Assembly (NCBI RefSeq): GCF_039522585.1
Contig: NZ_BAAADR010000010.1
Reading direction: 5' to 3' (one strand)
DNA from: Halomonas salifodinae
GTDB taxonomy: Bacteria > Pseudomonadota > Gammaproteobacteria > Pseudomonadales > Halomonadaceae
Length of the DNA: 64,000 bases
Positions 11,634 through 22,070 of the stretch are shown here, piece by piece. Numbering within the stretch: position 1 is the stretch's first letter; every line of letters begins with the position of its first letter. Made by a program: the position numbers and the translations under genes. The notes below the pieces were generated by a model. The model had not been told where the DNA came from, made no database searches, and saw only the letters and a list, made by a program, of their open reading frames with translations.

Positions 11634-13412
11634 TTACTCGGCGGCCTCCGGCTTGGCCTTGGCCCGCAGGCGGATATTGAGCTCCTTGAGCTGCTCGCCG
11701 CTGACCGTGCCCGGGGCGTCGGTCATCAGGCAGGCGGCGCTCTGGGTCTTGGGGAAGGCGATTACCTCACGGATGGTCCGCGCCCCGGTCATCAGCATCA
11801 CCAGGCGATCGAGGCCGAAGGCCAGGCCACCGTGGGGCGGCGCGCCATACTTGAGGGCGTCGAGCAGGAAGCCGAACTTCTCCTCCGCCTCGGCCTGATC
11901 GATGCCCAGCACCTCGAGAACGACCCGCTGCATTTCCTGGTCGTGGATACGGATCGAGCCGCCGCCCAGCTCGGTGCCGTTGAGCACCATGTCGTAGGCC
12001 CGGGAGAGCGCCTGGGCCGGATCGGCCTTGAGGGCCGCCACGTCGCAGGAGGGCGCGGTGAAGGGGTGGTGCAGGGCCTGCATGCGGGCGCTGCCGTCGT
12101 CCTCGAACATCGGGAAGTCGACCACCCACAGCGGCGCCCAGGCCTGGGTGTAGAGGTCCAGGTCCTCGCCCAGCTTGACCCGCAGGGCACCCAGGGCCTC
12201 GTTGACCACGCGGGCCTTGTCGGCGCCGAAGAAGATGATATCGCCGTCCTGGGCGTCGAGACGCTCCAGCAGCTCGTCGATCACGTTCTCCATGAACTTG
12301 ACGATGGGCGACTGCAGGCCCTCGAGCCCCTTGGCGCGCTCGTTGACCTTGATCCAGGCCAGGCCCTTGGCGCCATAGATGCCGACGAACTTGGTGTACT
12401 CGTCGATCAGCTTGCGGGAGAGCTCGGCGCCGCCGGGCACCTTGAGGGCGGCGACGCGGCCGTCCTCGGCCTTGGCCGGGCCGGAGAAGACCTTGAAGTC
12501 CACCTGGGCCATCAGATCGTCGACGTCGACCAGCTCCAGGGGGATGCGCAGGTCCGGCTTGTCGGAGCCGTAGCGGCTCATCGCCTCGCTATAGGGCATG
12601 CGCGGGAACTCGGGCAGCTCGACCTCGAGGACCTCCTGGAACAGCTGGCGGATCATCGACTCGGTGATACCCATGATCTCGTCTTCGTCGACGAAGGAGG
12701 CCTCCAGGTCGATCTGGGTGAACTCCGGCTGACGGTCGGCGCGCAGGTCCTCGTCGCGGAAGCACTTGGCGATCTGGTAGTAGCGGTCGAAGCCGGACAC
12801 CATCAGCAGCTGCTTGAACAGCTGCGGCGACTGCGGCAGGGCGAAGAAGCTGCCGGCATGAGTGCGGCTCGGCACCAGGTAGTCCCGGGCGCCTTCCGGG
12901 GTGGCCCGGGTCAGGATCGGCGTCTCGATATCCAGGAAGCCCTGGCCCTCGAGGAAGGCCCGCACGCTATGGGAGATCCGCGAGCGCAGGCGCAGCTTGT
13001 CGAGCATCTCCGGGCGGCGCAGGTCGATATAACGGTGCTTGAGGCGGACCTCCTCGCCCACCTTGCCGTGCTCGTCGAGCTGGAACGGCGGGGTGGCGGC
13101 GGTGTTGAGGATCTCCACCTCCTTGGCCAGCACCTCGATCATGCCGGTGGGCATATTGGGGTTCTGGGTGCCCTCGGGGCGCGGCCGCACGCGGCCGACG
13201 ATGCGCAGCACGAACTCGTTGCGGCAGCGGTCGGCATTGGCGAAGGCCTCGGCGGTATCGGGATCCACCACGACCTGGGCGATGCCGTCACGGTCACGCA
13301 TGTCGAGGAAGATCACCCCACCGTGGTCACGGCGACGGTGCACCCAACCACAGAGGGTGACCGTCTGATCCACCAGTGTCTCGTTAAGCTGGCCGCAATA
13401 ATGGCTGCGCAT
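11634..13412 (-). CDS. aspS: Aspartate--tRNA ligase.
   Basis: Class II aaRS motifs and an OB-fold N-terminus. 592 aa. Confidence 0.95.
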   Translation of the reverse strand: MRSHYCGQLNETLVDQTVTLCGWVHRRRDHGGVIFLDMRDRDGIAQVVVDPDTAEAFANADRCRNEFVLRIVGRVRPRPEGTQNPNMPTGMIEVLAKEVEILNTAATPPFQLDEHGKVGEEVRLKHRYIDLRRPEMLDKLRLRSRISHSVRAFLEGQGFLDIETPILTRATPEGARDYLVPSRTHAGSFFALPQSPQLFKQLLMVSGFDRYYQIAKCFRDEDLRADRQPEFTQIDLEASFVDEDEIMGITESMIRQLFQEVLEVELPEFPRMPYSEAMSRYGSDKPDLRIPLELVDVDDLMAQVDFKVFSGPAKAEDGRVAALKVPGGAELSRKLIDEYTKFVGIYGAKGLAWIKVNERAKGLEGLQSPIVKFMENVIDELLERLDAQDGDIIFFGADKARVVNEALGALRVKLGEDLDLYTQAWAPLWVVDFPMFEDDGSARMQALHHPFTAPSCDVAALKADPAQALSRAYDMVLNGTELGGGSIRIHDQEMQRVVLEVLGIDQAEAEEKFGFLLDALKYGAPPHGGLAFGLDRLVMLMTGARTIREVIAFPKTQSAACLMTDAPGTVSGEQLKELNIRLRAKAKPEAAE

Positions 13413-13461
13413 GTCGAATCCTGTTTTCTAGCGTTTATCGAAGAGGGGGAGTCGGGCCGCC

Positions 13462-13713
13462 TCAGGCGGCGGCCCCGTCCTTGGTCGGCGCCTTGCTGGC
13501 CGCGCCGTCACCGGCCAGGTTCTTCTTGCTGCCGGACTTGAAATCGGTCTCGTACCAGCCGCCGCCGGCCAGGCGGAAGCCCGCCGCGGAAACCAGGCGG
13601 GAGAGCTCGGCGGCCTCGCAGCTGGGGCAGTCGGTGAGCGGCGCGGCGCTGACCTTCTGCAGCTTCTCGAGACGGTGGCCACAGGCCTTGCACTCATATT
13701 CGTAGATGGGCAT
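13462..13713 (-). CDS. FmdB-family zinc-ribbon regulatory protein.
   Basis: MPIYEYECKACGH...CPSC CxxC-x-CxxC zinc ribbon. Confidence 0.7.
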   Translation of the reverse strand: MPIYEYECKACGHRLEKLQKVSAAPLTDCPSCEAAELSRLVSAAGFRLAGGGWYETDFKSGSKKNLAGDGAASKAPTKDGAAA

Positions 13714-13880
13714 GGTTCTAATCACTCCTGAATACGCTATTGGCCTGGAACACACCCCGACCAGGCCGGCGATGGCCAATATGGGGCCTGACGCCGGCCT
13801 TTCCAAGGCCACCGGAAAGCCCCGCATTATAGCGCGTCGCGCCCCCATGGGGGCAAGGTGCCGACGTTACTCGAGGAATT

Positions 13881-14816
13881 GTGATGAAAGCCGTGCTACT
13901 CGATGCCGCCAGCCTCGGCGAGGATATCGACCTTACCCCCCTGCGTGAGCGGGTCGACCAGTTGGCGGTGCATGCCGCCACCGCCCCGGAGCAGTGCCGG
14001 GAGCGCCTCGAAGGCGCCCGGGTGGCGATCGTCAACAAGGTGGTCCTGGATGGCGAGCTGCTCGAGCGCCTGCCGGAGTTGAAGCTGATCTGCGTGCTGG
14101 CCACCGGCACCAACAATATCGATATGGCCGCCGCCGAGCGCCTGGGGATCAGGGTGCGCAACGTCAGCGCCTATGGCACCGCCAGCGTGGCCCAGCACAC
14201 CCTGATGCTGATGCTGGCCCTGGCCAACCGCCTGCCCCACTACCAGCGCCGGGTCGCCGCCGGCGACTGGGGGCGCAGCGATTTCTTCTGCCTGCTCTCC
14301 CCCACCACCCTGCAACTGGAAGGCAAGCGGCTGGTGATCGTCGGCCAGGGCGAACTGGGACGCCGCGTCGGCGAGCTGGCCGGGGCCTTCGGCATGCGCG
14401 TCGACTATGCCGCGCGTCCCGGTCGGGAGGCCACGGACCCCCGCCCCGCCCTCGCCGAGCTGGCCCCCCGGGCCGACGTGCTGAGCCTGCACTGCCCGCT
14501 CACCGAGGCCACCCATCACCTGGTCGACGCGGCGTTACTGGCCCGGCTCAGGCCCGGCGCCCTGCTGATCAACTGCGCCCGGGGCGGCATCATCGACGAG
14601 GCGGCGGCGCTCGATGCGCTGCGCGAGGGACGCCTCGGTGGCCTGGCAGTCGACAGCCTGCCGGAGGAGCCGCCCCGCCGAGGCCATGCGCTGATCGATG
14701 CCCTCGACGAGCCCCTCAACCTGATCGTCACCCCCCATAACGCCTGGATCACGCCGGAGGCGCGGGCCCGGGTGGTCCAGTTGACCGCCGAGAACCTGGC
14801 GCGACCGCTGCCCTAG
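13881..14816 (+). CDS. D-isomer-specific 2-hydroxyacid dehydrogenase (glycerate dehydrogenase/hydroxypyruvate reductase-like).
   Basis: NAD-binding GxGxxGxxxA (VGQGELGRRVGELA) and a conserved catalytic region. Confidence 0.8.
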   Translation: MMKAVLLDAASLGEDIDLTPLRERVDQLAVHAATAPEQCRERLEGARVAIVNKVVLDGELLERLPELKLICVLATGTNNIDMAAAERLGIRVRNVSAYGTASVAQHTLMLMLALANRLPHYQRRVAAGDWGRSDFFCLLSPTTLQLEGKRLVIVGQGELGRRVGELAGAFGMRVDYAARPGREATDPRPALAELAPRADVLSLHCPLTEATHHLVDAALLARLRPGALLINCARGGIIDEAAALDALREGRLGGLAVDSLPEEPPRRGHALIDALDEPLNLIVTPHNAWITPEARARVVQLTAENLARPLP

Positions 14817-14934
14817 CTCGTGACATCGCTCGGCTGCGTGAAAGCACGCGAAGCGCTCCCCGGCTAGGCTAGTACCAGCCAGACCTCTCCGCTTTTTCTT
14901 TCCGGCCATCAGGCCGGACAGCAGGAAGGACGCC

Positions 14935-15855
14935 ATGCTCTATAACCTGGGCTCCATCAATATCGATCATGTCTACCGGGTGCCGCATCTGGTGCGTCCC
15001 GGCGAGACCCTGGCCAGCCGCGACTACCAACGGGTGTTGGGCGGCAAGGGCGCCAACCAGTCCCTGGCCCTGGCCCGGGCCGGCGGGCGCGTCACTCACT
15101 GGGGGCGCCTGGGGCGCAGTGATGCCTGGGCGCTGGCGCCCCTCGAGGAAGCCGGGGTGGCGCTAGGCGACATCGCGCTGGTCGACGCGCCCAGCGGCCA
15201 TGCGCTGATCCAGGTGGACGACGATGGCGAGAACGCCATTATCCTCTACCCCGGCGCCAATCATGGCTTCGCGACGCCCACCCTGGAGGCCCTGATTGCC
15301 AAGGCCGAGGCCGGCGCCACCCTGCTGCTGCAGAACGAGTGCAACGGCCTGGCCGCGGCCATGGCGGCCGCCAAACAGCGGGGCCTGACCCTCGCCTTCA
15401 ACCCGGCGCCCATGGACCAAGCCGTCGGGGAACTGCCACTGGAGTCTTGTGACCTGCTGTTCGTTAATCGGGGCGAGGCCGCGGCCCTGGCCGGCCTCGC
15501 CGAGACCAGCCCCGCCTCGGCGCTGCTCGAGGCCCTGGCCGAGCGCCTGCCCGAGGTGACCCTGGTGCTGACCCTGGGCGCGGACGGCGTGCATTACCGC
15601 CATCAGGAGACGCGCCTGCGCCTGGCCGCCCATCGGGTCGAGGCGGTGGATACCACCGCCGCCGGCGACACCTTTATCGGCGCTTTCCTGGCCGCCCGTC
15701 AGGCCGGCGCCGATATCGAGACCTGTTTGCGACGGGCCAGTGCTGCCGCCGCCCTCTGCGTCCAGGCTCCCGGTGCCGCCCCCAGCATTCCCTGGGCGGA
15801 GGCGGTGGATGCCGCCCTCGCCGAATGGCCGGAGCTGCCCCTCGACACCGACTGA
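14935..15855 (+). CDS. rbsK: PfkB-family carbohydrate kinase, ribokinase-like.
   Basis: N-terminal GSINIDHVY and C-terminal DTTAAGDTF(I)GAF PfkB signatures. Confidence 0.75.
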   Translation: MLYNLGSINIDHVYRVPHLVRPGETLASRDYQRVLGGKGANQSLALARAGGRVTHWGRLGRSDAWALAPLEEAGVALGDIALVDAPSGHALIQVDDDGENAIILYPGANHGFATPTLEALIAKAEAGATLLLQNECNGLAAAMAAAKQRGLTLAFNPAPMDQAVGELPLESCDLLFVNRGEAAALAGLAETSPASALLEALAERLPEVTLVLTLGADGVHYRHQETRLRLAAHRVEAVDTTAAGDTFIGAFLAARQAGADIETCLRRASAAAALCVQAPGAAPSIPWAEAVDAALAEWPELPLDTD

Positions 15856-15902
15856 AACCACCAGCCCGCCGTCTTCGATTCATTCCCCACGGAGAAAGCC
15901 CC

Positions 15903-16844
15903 ATGAGTTATCCGATTATCTTCGATACCGACCCGGGCGTGGACGACGCCCAGGCCATCGCCATCGCCCTGCGTCACCCGGAGATCGAGCTGCTGGGCCT
16001 GACCACCACCTACGGCAACGTCGATATCGATGTCGCCACCCGCAATGCTCTGCTGCTCAGCGAGCTGGCCGGGCGCCGCATCCCGGTGGCCCAGGGCGCC
16101 GCCGGCCCCCTGGTCAAACCCCGGCACCCGGCCCCGGCGCATATCCATGGCGCCAACGGCCTGGGCAATATCGCGCTGCCGGAGGTTCAGGGTCAGGCGG
16201 AGCCGATCAGTGCGGCCCAGTTTATCGTCGAGACGGTACGTGCCCGGCCCAATGAAGTGACCCTGGTGGCGGTGGGCCCCCTAGGTAACCTGGCCGCCGC
16301 CCTGCAGCTCGATCCGGGCATCGTCGAGGCGGTCAAGCGGGTGGTGATCATGGGCGGCTCCATCAAGGAAGGGGGCAACGTCTCGCCGGTGGCGGAGGCC
16401 AATATCTTCAATGATCCCCATGCCGCCTCGCGGGTGCTCACCGCCGGCTGGCCGCTGACCCTGGTGGGCCTGGACGCCACCCATCGCTGCGTGCTGAGCC
16501 CCGCCGACATGGACGCCATCGCCGCCGGCCAGGGCGAGCTCGGCGCCGTGCTCAAGGGCAGTTACGCCTTCTACCGGGAATTCTACCAGCAGGCCCTGGG
16601 CATCGATGGCTGCTGCCCCCACGACAGCTGTGCCCTGGCCTGGCTGCTGCGCCCGGAGCTCTTCACCACCGCCCGGGGCCACCTGAGCGTGGTCACCGAG
16701 GGGGATGCCGCCGGCCAGACGCTCTTCGCCCCGGAGGGCCGCGCCTTTATCGACGAGCGCTGGTCCCGGACGCCCCTGGTGGAGGCCTGCCTGGGCGCCG
16801 ATGGCCCCGCCGTGGTGCAGTGGATCGTCGATACCCTGAAGTAG
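15903..16844 (+). CDS. Inosine/uridine-preferring nucleoside hydrolase.
   Basis: N-terminal DTDPGVDDAQAI Ca-binding motif. Confidence 0.85.
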   Translation: MSYPIIFDTDPGVDDAQAIAIALRHPEIELLGLTTTYGNVDIDVATRNALLLSELAGRRIPVAQGAAGPLVKPRHPAPAHIHGANGLGNIALPEVQGQAEPISAAQFIVETVRARPNEVTLVAVGPLGNLAAALQLDPGIVEAVKRVVIMGGSIKEGGNVSPVAEANIFNDPHAASRVLTAGWPLTLVGLDATHRCVLSPADMDAIAAGQGELGAVLKGSYAFYREFYQQALGIDGCCPHDSCALAWLLRPELFTTARGHLSVVTEGDAAGQTLFAPEGRAFIDERWSRTPLVEACLGADGPAVVQWIVDTLK

Positions 16845-16858
16845 CTCAAGGAAGGCAC

Positions 16859-17131
16859 CTAGAGGGTGATAAAGGCATCCGGGTCGCGGGGCGCCGCCTC
16901 TTCCAGGCTGACCTGGCTGACCCGGGCCTCGGGGGGGCCCTGCCAGAGCCACTGGGTCACGGCCCGGACCGCCTCCTCCTCGCCGCACAGCAACACCTCG
17001 ACGCGACCATCCGGCAGGTTCTTGGCATAGCCGGTCAGCCCATGCTGCAGGGCCTGCTCCTGGGTCGCCCGGCGGTACCAGACCCCCTGTACCCGACCGC
17101 TGACCCAGGCCTTGATGCACTGCTTGCTCAT
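16859..17131 (-). CDS. acyP: Acylphosphatase.
   Basis: VSGRVQGVWYR and GYAKNLPDGRVEV signatures. About 90 aa. Confidence 0.8.
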   Translation of the reverse strand: MSKQCIKAWVSGRVQGVWYRRATQEQALQHGLTGYAKNLPDGRVEVLLCGEEEAVRAVTQWLWQGPPEARVSQVSLEEAAPRDPDAFITL

Positions 17132-17347
17132 GCTGGCTCCTCCCTTCGGCGACTCCGCCCGCGGCGGCCCGTTGCCCTCCTGTTCTAGCACCCGGCTTGT
17201 CATCCGCCAAGGGCTGGTCATTGTTACCCCCTAGGCAGCGGCATCGCCGTTGGCTAATCTGAGGCACAGGGCCATAAGCCCGATAAGGCGACGCCACTAC
17301 CCCTGGCGCTCGCATAACAATGAGTCACCCCACGAAGGGACCCTGCC

Positions 17348-18400
17348 ATGTTCGATCATCCCGATTTCGACCACCATGAACAGGTGGTCTACGGCTGTGA
17401 CGAGGCCAGCGGCCTCAAGGCGATCATCGCCATCCACAATACCCACCTGGGCCCCGCCCTGGGTGGCCTGCGCATCTTCCCCTACGCCAGTGACGGCGAG
17501 GCCCTCAGCGATGTGCTGCGACTGTCCCGCGGCATGACCTACAAGTCGGCCCTGGCCGGCCTGCCCCTGGGGGGCGGCAAGGCGGTGATCATTGCCGACC
17601 CCAGGCGCGACAAGACCCCGGAGCTGCTGCGCGCCATGGGTCGATTGGTGGAACGCCTGGGCGGACGCTATATCACCGCCGAGGACTCCGGCAGCAGTGA
17701 GACGGACATGCAGTGGATCGCCGAGGAGACCGCTTATGTCACCGGCCTGCGCCGCAGCGCGGGCGAGTCCGGCGACCCCTCGCCCTTTACCGCCCTGGGG
17801 GTCTTTCACGGGCTGCGCGCCGCGGTGCGGCACGGCCTGGGACGCGATGATCTCGAGGGGGTACGCGTCGCCGTCCAGGGCGTCGGCAGCGTGGGGGCCC
17901 ACCTGGCCCGCTCGCTCGAGAAAGCCGGCGCCAAGCTGGTGATCAGCGATATCGATGCCAGCGCCGTGGCGCGGCTCGCCGAGGAGCTCGGCGCGGCTAC
18001 CCTCCCCCCCGGCGAGATCCTCGATGCCGAGGTGGATGTCTTCGCCCCCTGCGCCCTGGGTGGCGCCATCGATGAGGCCGCCTGCCGGCGACTCAAGGCC
18101 AGGGTGGTGGCGGGGGCGGCCAATAACCAGTTGGCGACGCCCGCCGCCGGCGAGGCCCTGCACCGTCGCGGCATCCTCTATGCGCCGGACTACGTGGCCA
18201 ACGCCGGTGGCGTGATCGAGGTCGCCTGGCAGCGTCGCAGCGACTACGATCGCCAGGCGGTACTGGCCCAGGTGGAACGCATCGGCGCCACCCTGGAGAC
18301 GATCTTTGCCCGCGCCAAGCGAGAGGGCAAGCGCCCCGAGCAGGTCGCCGACCGCCTGGCCGAGGAGCGCTTTCGCCCGGATCACCCGCGAGCCGCCTAG
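17348..18400 (+). CDS. Glu/Leu/Phe/Val dehydrogenase family protein (leucine dehydrogenase-like).
   Basis: GGGK catalytic-lysine region (LPLGGGKAV) and NAD-binding GVGSVGAHLA. Confidence 0.8.
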   Translation: MFDHPDFDHHEQVVYGCDEASGLKAIIAIHNTHLGPALGGLRIFPYASDGEALSDVLRLSRGMTYKSALAGLPLGGGKAVIIADPRRDKTPELLRAMGRLVERLGGRYITAEDSGSSETDMQWIAEETAYVTGLRRSAGESGDPSPFTALGVFHGLRAAVRHGLGRDDLEGVRVAVQGVGSVGAHLARSLEKAGAKLVISDIDASAVARLAEELGAATLPPGEILDAEVDVFAPCALGGAIDEAACRRLKARVVAGAANNQLATPAAGEALHRRGILYAPDYVANAGGVIEVAWQRRSDYDRQAVLAQVERIGATLETIFARAKREGKRPEQVADRLAEERFRPDHPRAA

Positions 18401-18470
18401 CTCATAGAACAGCTCCAACGACAGAGGCCGCGCCCTTAGGGCGCGGCCTTGGCGTCTCTAACCGCTGGGG

Positions 18471-18640
18471 CTATTCCAGCAGCTCGTGTTTGACCATCAG
18501 GGCGGTTATTGACACCGGCACCATCACTCCAGCAGTTCGTACTTGACCACCAGGGCGGTTATTGACACCGGCACCATCACTCCAGAAACTCGTGCTTGAC
18601 CACCACGGCGGTATTACGCGGCACGATGGTCTTGTTGCGG
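18471..18640. repeat. Three tandem ~57-bp units duplicating the last 19 codons and stop of the yihY-like gene.
   Basis: Reverse-strand translations of the three copies: ...VVKHEFLE*, ...VVKYELLE*, ...MVKHELLE*. Confidence 0.85.
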
Positions 18641-19479
18641 GCCAATAGATGGCACTTGGTAAAGGCCGCGCCATAGAGAAGAATCAGTGATGAGTAATAA
18701 ACCCACAGCAGAATGATCACCACGGAGCCGGCGGCGCCATAGGTGGAGGCGGTGGCGGTATAGGCCAGATAGCTGGCGATGCCGTAGCGACCCAGGGCGA
18801 AGAGCACCGCCGTAACCAGGGCGCCGACCAGCACGTCCCGCCAGCCCAGCACCACGTCCGGCAGCACCTTGAAGATGGTCGCAAAGAGCGCCGCGATCAT
18901 CGCCAGGGAGAGCAGGAATTCGGCACTGCCGGCCAGCATCCCCACCGCCGGCACCAGGTTCTCGGCATGCCCGAGCAGGCTCTTCACCATGACACCGAAG
19001 GCCAACGAGACCAGCAGGATAAAGCCGATGGCCAGCACGATGGTCAGCGACAGCACCCGATTCTTGATAAACACCAGCAGGCTGTTGCTGCTGGGCTTGG
19101 CGGTCACCCCCCAGAGAGTATTCAACGAGAACTGCATCTGGGCGAAGACGGTGGTAGCACCCACCAGCAGGGCACCGACGCCCAGCAGGGTCGGCAACAG
19201 CCCCGACTCTTCGATCCGCGACTGAGCCACCGCCTGCTCGATGGCGGTGGCGGCATCGTGACCCATGGTGCCCTGCAGCTGCGCCACGATCTGTCCCTGG
19301 GCGGCTTCCTCGCCCAGCACCACGCCGATCACGGTGACCGCGATAATCACCGTGGGAGCCAGCGAGAAGAGGGTATAGAAGGCCAGCGAGCCGGCATAGC
19401 TGAAGGCGTTGCGCTCCAGCCATAGGCGAATGGCGTCATGCACGACACGCCACCAGAAGATCACCGTTTCCTTGATCAC
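18577..19479 (-). CDS. yihY: YihY/virulence factor BrkB family inner membrane protein.
   Basis: Multi-TM protein with YihY signatures (AGSLAFYTLFSLAP). GTG start preceded by AAGGAG, 6-nt spacer. Confidence 0.7.
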   Translation of the reverse strand: MIKETVIFWWRVVHDAIRLWLERNAFSYAGSLAFYTLFSLAPTVIIAVTVIGVVLGEEAAQGQIVAQLQGTMGHDAATAIEQAVAQSRIEESGLLPTLLGVGALLVGATTVFAQMQFSLNTLWGVTAKPSSNSLLVFIKNRVLSLTIVLAIGFILLVSLAFGVMVKSLLGHAENLVPAVGMLAGSAEFLLSLAMIAALFATIFKVLPDVVLGWRDVLVGALVTAVLFALGRYGIASYLAYTATASTYGAAGSVVIILLWVYYSSLILLYGAAFTKCHLLARNKTIVPRNTAVVVKHEFLE

Positions 19480-19618
19480 ACCGCACTCCTTTGTCTTGGC
19501 CAAGGCGCTCAGCATACCGTAAGGCCACCTCGGATGCCGAACGCTGGCCTCGCGGCTCGGTTGCCGCCTGCCGGAGGGCTCTCCATAATAGGCGCCACCG
19601 ATCCTGGCGGAGTGCCCC

Positions 19619-20704
19619 ATGCCCCCTACCCCCTCCGGGTACGATTTCGATTGCCTGGTCTTTATCGGCCGCTTCCAGCCCCCCCACCTCGGCCATCTGG
19701 CGGTGATCCACGAGGCCCTGAAACGGGCCCGGCAGGTGATCGTGCTGGTGGGCTCGGCCTGGCAGGCCCGTTCTCTGCGCAACCCCTGGCGCTTCGAGGA
19801 GCGTCACGACCTGCTGCGTAGCTGTTTCGATCCCGAGGAGAATGCCCGCCTGGAGATCGCGCCCTTGCTGGACGCCCTCTACAACGACGATGTCTGGGTG
19901 CGGGACGTGCAGCGCAAGGTGCGGGATATCGCCAGCCCGAGCCACGGCAAGCTGCCGCGCATCGGCCTGATCGGCGCCAGTCGCGGCCAGTCCAGCTACT
20001 ACCTGACCCTCTTCCCCCAGTGGGAATCGGTGAGCGTGCCCCTGGTGGAAGGGATCGCCGCCACCCAGATCCGTGAGCGGCTGTTCCGCTCGCCCTCCTC
20101 CGCCGCCGACTACCTCACCACCGGTGCCCATCACGACCTGCCGCCCAGCGTGCACCACGCCCTGGAGGCCTTCGTGGAGCAGTCGGAGGCCTTCCAGCGC
20201 CTGCTGGAGGAGCAGCACCTGCTCAACCAGTACCGCAAGGCCTGGGAACAGGCCCCCTACCCGCCGATCTTCGTGACCGTCAATGCGGTGGTGGTACAGT
20301 CGGGGCATGTGCTGCTGGTGCGTCGCGCCGCGGCGCCGGGCAAGGGGCTGCTGGCCCTGCCCGGCGGCTTTATCAATTCCCATGAACGCTTGCTTGACGC
20401 CTGCCTGCGCGAACTGCGTGAACGGGTGCGCCTCAAGGTGCCGGAGCCGGTGCTCAAGGGCTCGCTGCGCGGCCAGCGCCTCTTCGACGAGCCCCACCGC
20501 AGCTGGCGGGGGCGCACCCTGGCCGAGGCCTTCTACTTCGCCCTGCGTCCCGAGCAGCAGCTCCCCCAGCTCAAGCCCGCCAAGGGCGGCGAACAGGCCC
20601 GCTGGGTGGCCCTGGCCGACCTCGAGCCGGAGACCCTGTTCGAGGACCACTTCTTTATTATCCAGAATTTCCTGGGGCTGCCCGCCGATTTCGGCACCCC
20701 CTGA
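19619..20704 (+). CDS. nadM: Bifunctional NMN adenylyltransferase / Nudix hydrolase (NadM-Nudix).
   Basis: Nucleotidyltransferase motif [13 protein letters not shown]-terminal Nudix-like segment ([22 protein letters not shown]). Confidence 0.75.
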   Translation: MPPTPSGYDFDCLVFIGRFQPPHLGHLAVIHEALKRARQVIVLVGSAWQARSLRNPWRFEERHDLLRSCFDPEENARLEIAPLLDALYNDDVWVRDVQRKVRDIASPSHGKLPRIGLIGASRGQSSYYLTLFPQWESVSVPLVEGIAATQIRERLFRSPSSAADYLTTGAHHDLPPSVHHALEAFVEQSEAFQRLLEEQHLLNQYRKAWEQAPYPPIFVTVNAVVVQSGHVLLVRRAAAPGKGLLALPGGFINSHERLLDACLRELRERVRLKVPEPVLKGSLRGQRLFDEPHRSWRGRTLAEAFYFALRPEQQLPQLKPAKGGEQARWVALADLEPETLFEDHFFIIQNFLGLPADFGTP

Positions 20705-20874
20705 ACGCCTCGGGGGCGCCCCAAGGCGCCCCCGATGGTTTATCTCCCGGCCTCACCCCCTGCAGGAAGTCCCGCGGCAGCTTCATCATCTGCCGCCACA
20801 GTTTCTCGACGCCGGGTTTATGCACCGGGGAGCAGTGGCCGACGAGAGCGCGTATTTCACGCCCGGCCTCTCTC

Positions 20875-21792
20875 CTAGCCCTGCAGGAAGTCCCGCGGCA
20901 GCTTCATCATCTGCCGCCACAGTTTCTCGACGCCGGGCTTGTGCACCAGGGAACAGCGATAGAGACGGATCTCCAGCGGCACATCCCAGGCCATATCACC
21001 GGCACGCACCAGGCGCCCGCCGGCCAGCTCCTCGCGGATACAGAAGTCGGGGATCCAGGCCATTCCCACCCCCTGCATCACCATGCCCTTGAGGCCCTCC
21101 GCCATGGCGGTCTCGTAGACGGTGCGCAGGCGCAGGCGCAGCGGGTCATTCTTGAGCAGCATGCGCACGCTGCGCCCCAGGAAGGCACCCTGGGTATAGG
21201 AGAGATAGGGAATCGAGCCTTCGCCCTCCAGGGAAAAGCGGGGAGCGCCCTCGCCGTCGGGCAGGCAGACCGGAATCATCTTCACCTGGCCGATGGAGAA
21301 GGAGGGGAAGACCTTGGCGTCGAGCTGCATGGTGGCATAGGGGTCATAGTAGCCCAGCATCAGGTCACAGTTGCCCTCCCGCAGCACATGAATTGCCTCC
21401 CCCATGTTCATGGCCACCAGCCGGGTGGGCAACTCGCCGGTGCCCTGCTGCAGGCGCGAGATCCACTGAGGATAGAAGGTCAGGGCCAGGGAGTGGGCGG
21501 CGACGATATCCAGGGCCTCGTTGGCCATGGAGACGCCGCGCAGATGCCCCAGGCACTCGTTGAGCTGCTCCACCAGGTGACGCGCCGTGACCAGGAACAG
21601 CTGCCCCTCGGGAGTCAGCCCCACCGGGGTGGTGGAGCGATCCACCAGGGTCACCCCCACGGCCTGTTCCAGGGAACGAATGCGCCGGCTGAAGGCGGGC
21701 TGGGTCACATGGCGCTGGCGCGCCGAGGCCGAGAAACTGCGGGTATTGGCCAGGGCGACGAAGTCTTCCAGCCATTTGGTTTCGAGGTTCAC
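20875..21792 (-). CDS. LysR-family transcriptional regulator.
   Basis: N-terminal HTH (FVALANTRSFSASARQRHVTQPAFSRRIRSLE) and a LysR substrate-binding domain. GTG start after GGGAG. Confidence 0.85.
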   Translation of the reverse strand: MNLETKWLEDFVALANTRSFSASARQRHVTQPAFSRRIRSLEQAVGVTLVDRSTTPVGLTPEGQLFLVTARHLVEQLNECLGHLRGVSMANEALDIVAAHSLALTFYPQWISRLQQGTGELPTRLVAMNMGEAIHVLREGNCDLMLGYYDPYATMQLDAKVFPSFSIGQVKMIPVCLPDGEGAPRFSLEGEGSIPYLSYTQGAFLGRSVRMLLKNDPLRLRLRTVYETAMAEGLKGMVMQGVGMAWIPDFCIREELAGGRLVRAGDMAWDVPLEIRLYRCSLVHKPGVEKLWRQMMKLPRDFLQG

Positions 21793-21879
21793 CACGACTC
21801 CCGATGGACGACAGGGCAACAGGCGGCGGGACGCCGCACCGAAGCGGGTAATTTAGCGGTAAGTCGATAATAGGCCAAG

Positions 21880-22070
21880 GGGCGGCGTCGGCTTTTCGCA
21901 AGCCGTCCGTCCGCCGACACAAGCCTCACTGTATCGTTGATATCGGGTAGCCGGCATCGGCTTTCCGAAAGCGCCCCCTCCGCCGACACAAGCCTTACTG
22001 TATCGTTGATATCGGGTAGCCGGCATCGGCTTTCCGAAAGCGCCCCCTCCGCCGACACAAGCCTTACTGC
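21880..22070. repeat. Intergenic tandem repeat of a 69-bp unit, about 3 copies, directly downstream of the cls stop codon.
   Basis: CCGCCGACACAAGCCTTACTG... unit starts at 21911, 21980 and 22049. The last copy merges with the cls stop. Confidence 0.85.

Noticed and set aside
11502-13541. 679-aa ORF on the plus strand.
   Set aside because: Antisense to the well-supported aspS. Low-complexity G/A/L/R-rich translation typical of GC-rich antisense frames.
18471-18640. Possible CRISPR array (three direct repeats).
   Set aside because: Units are contiguous with no unique spacers and are copies of the adjacent gene's coding tail. No cas genes.
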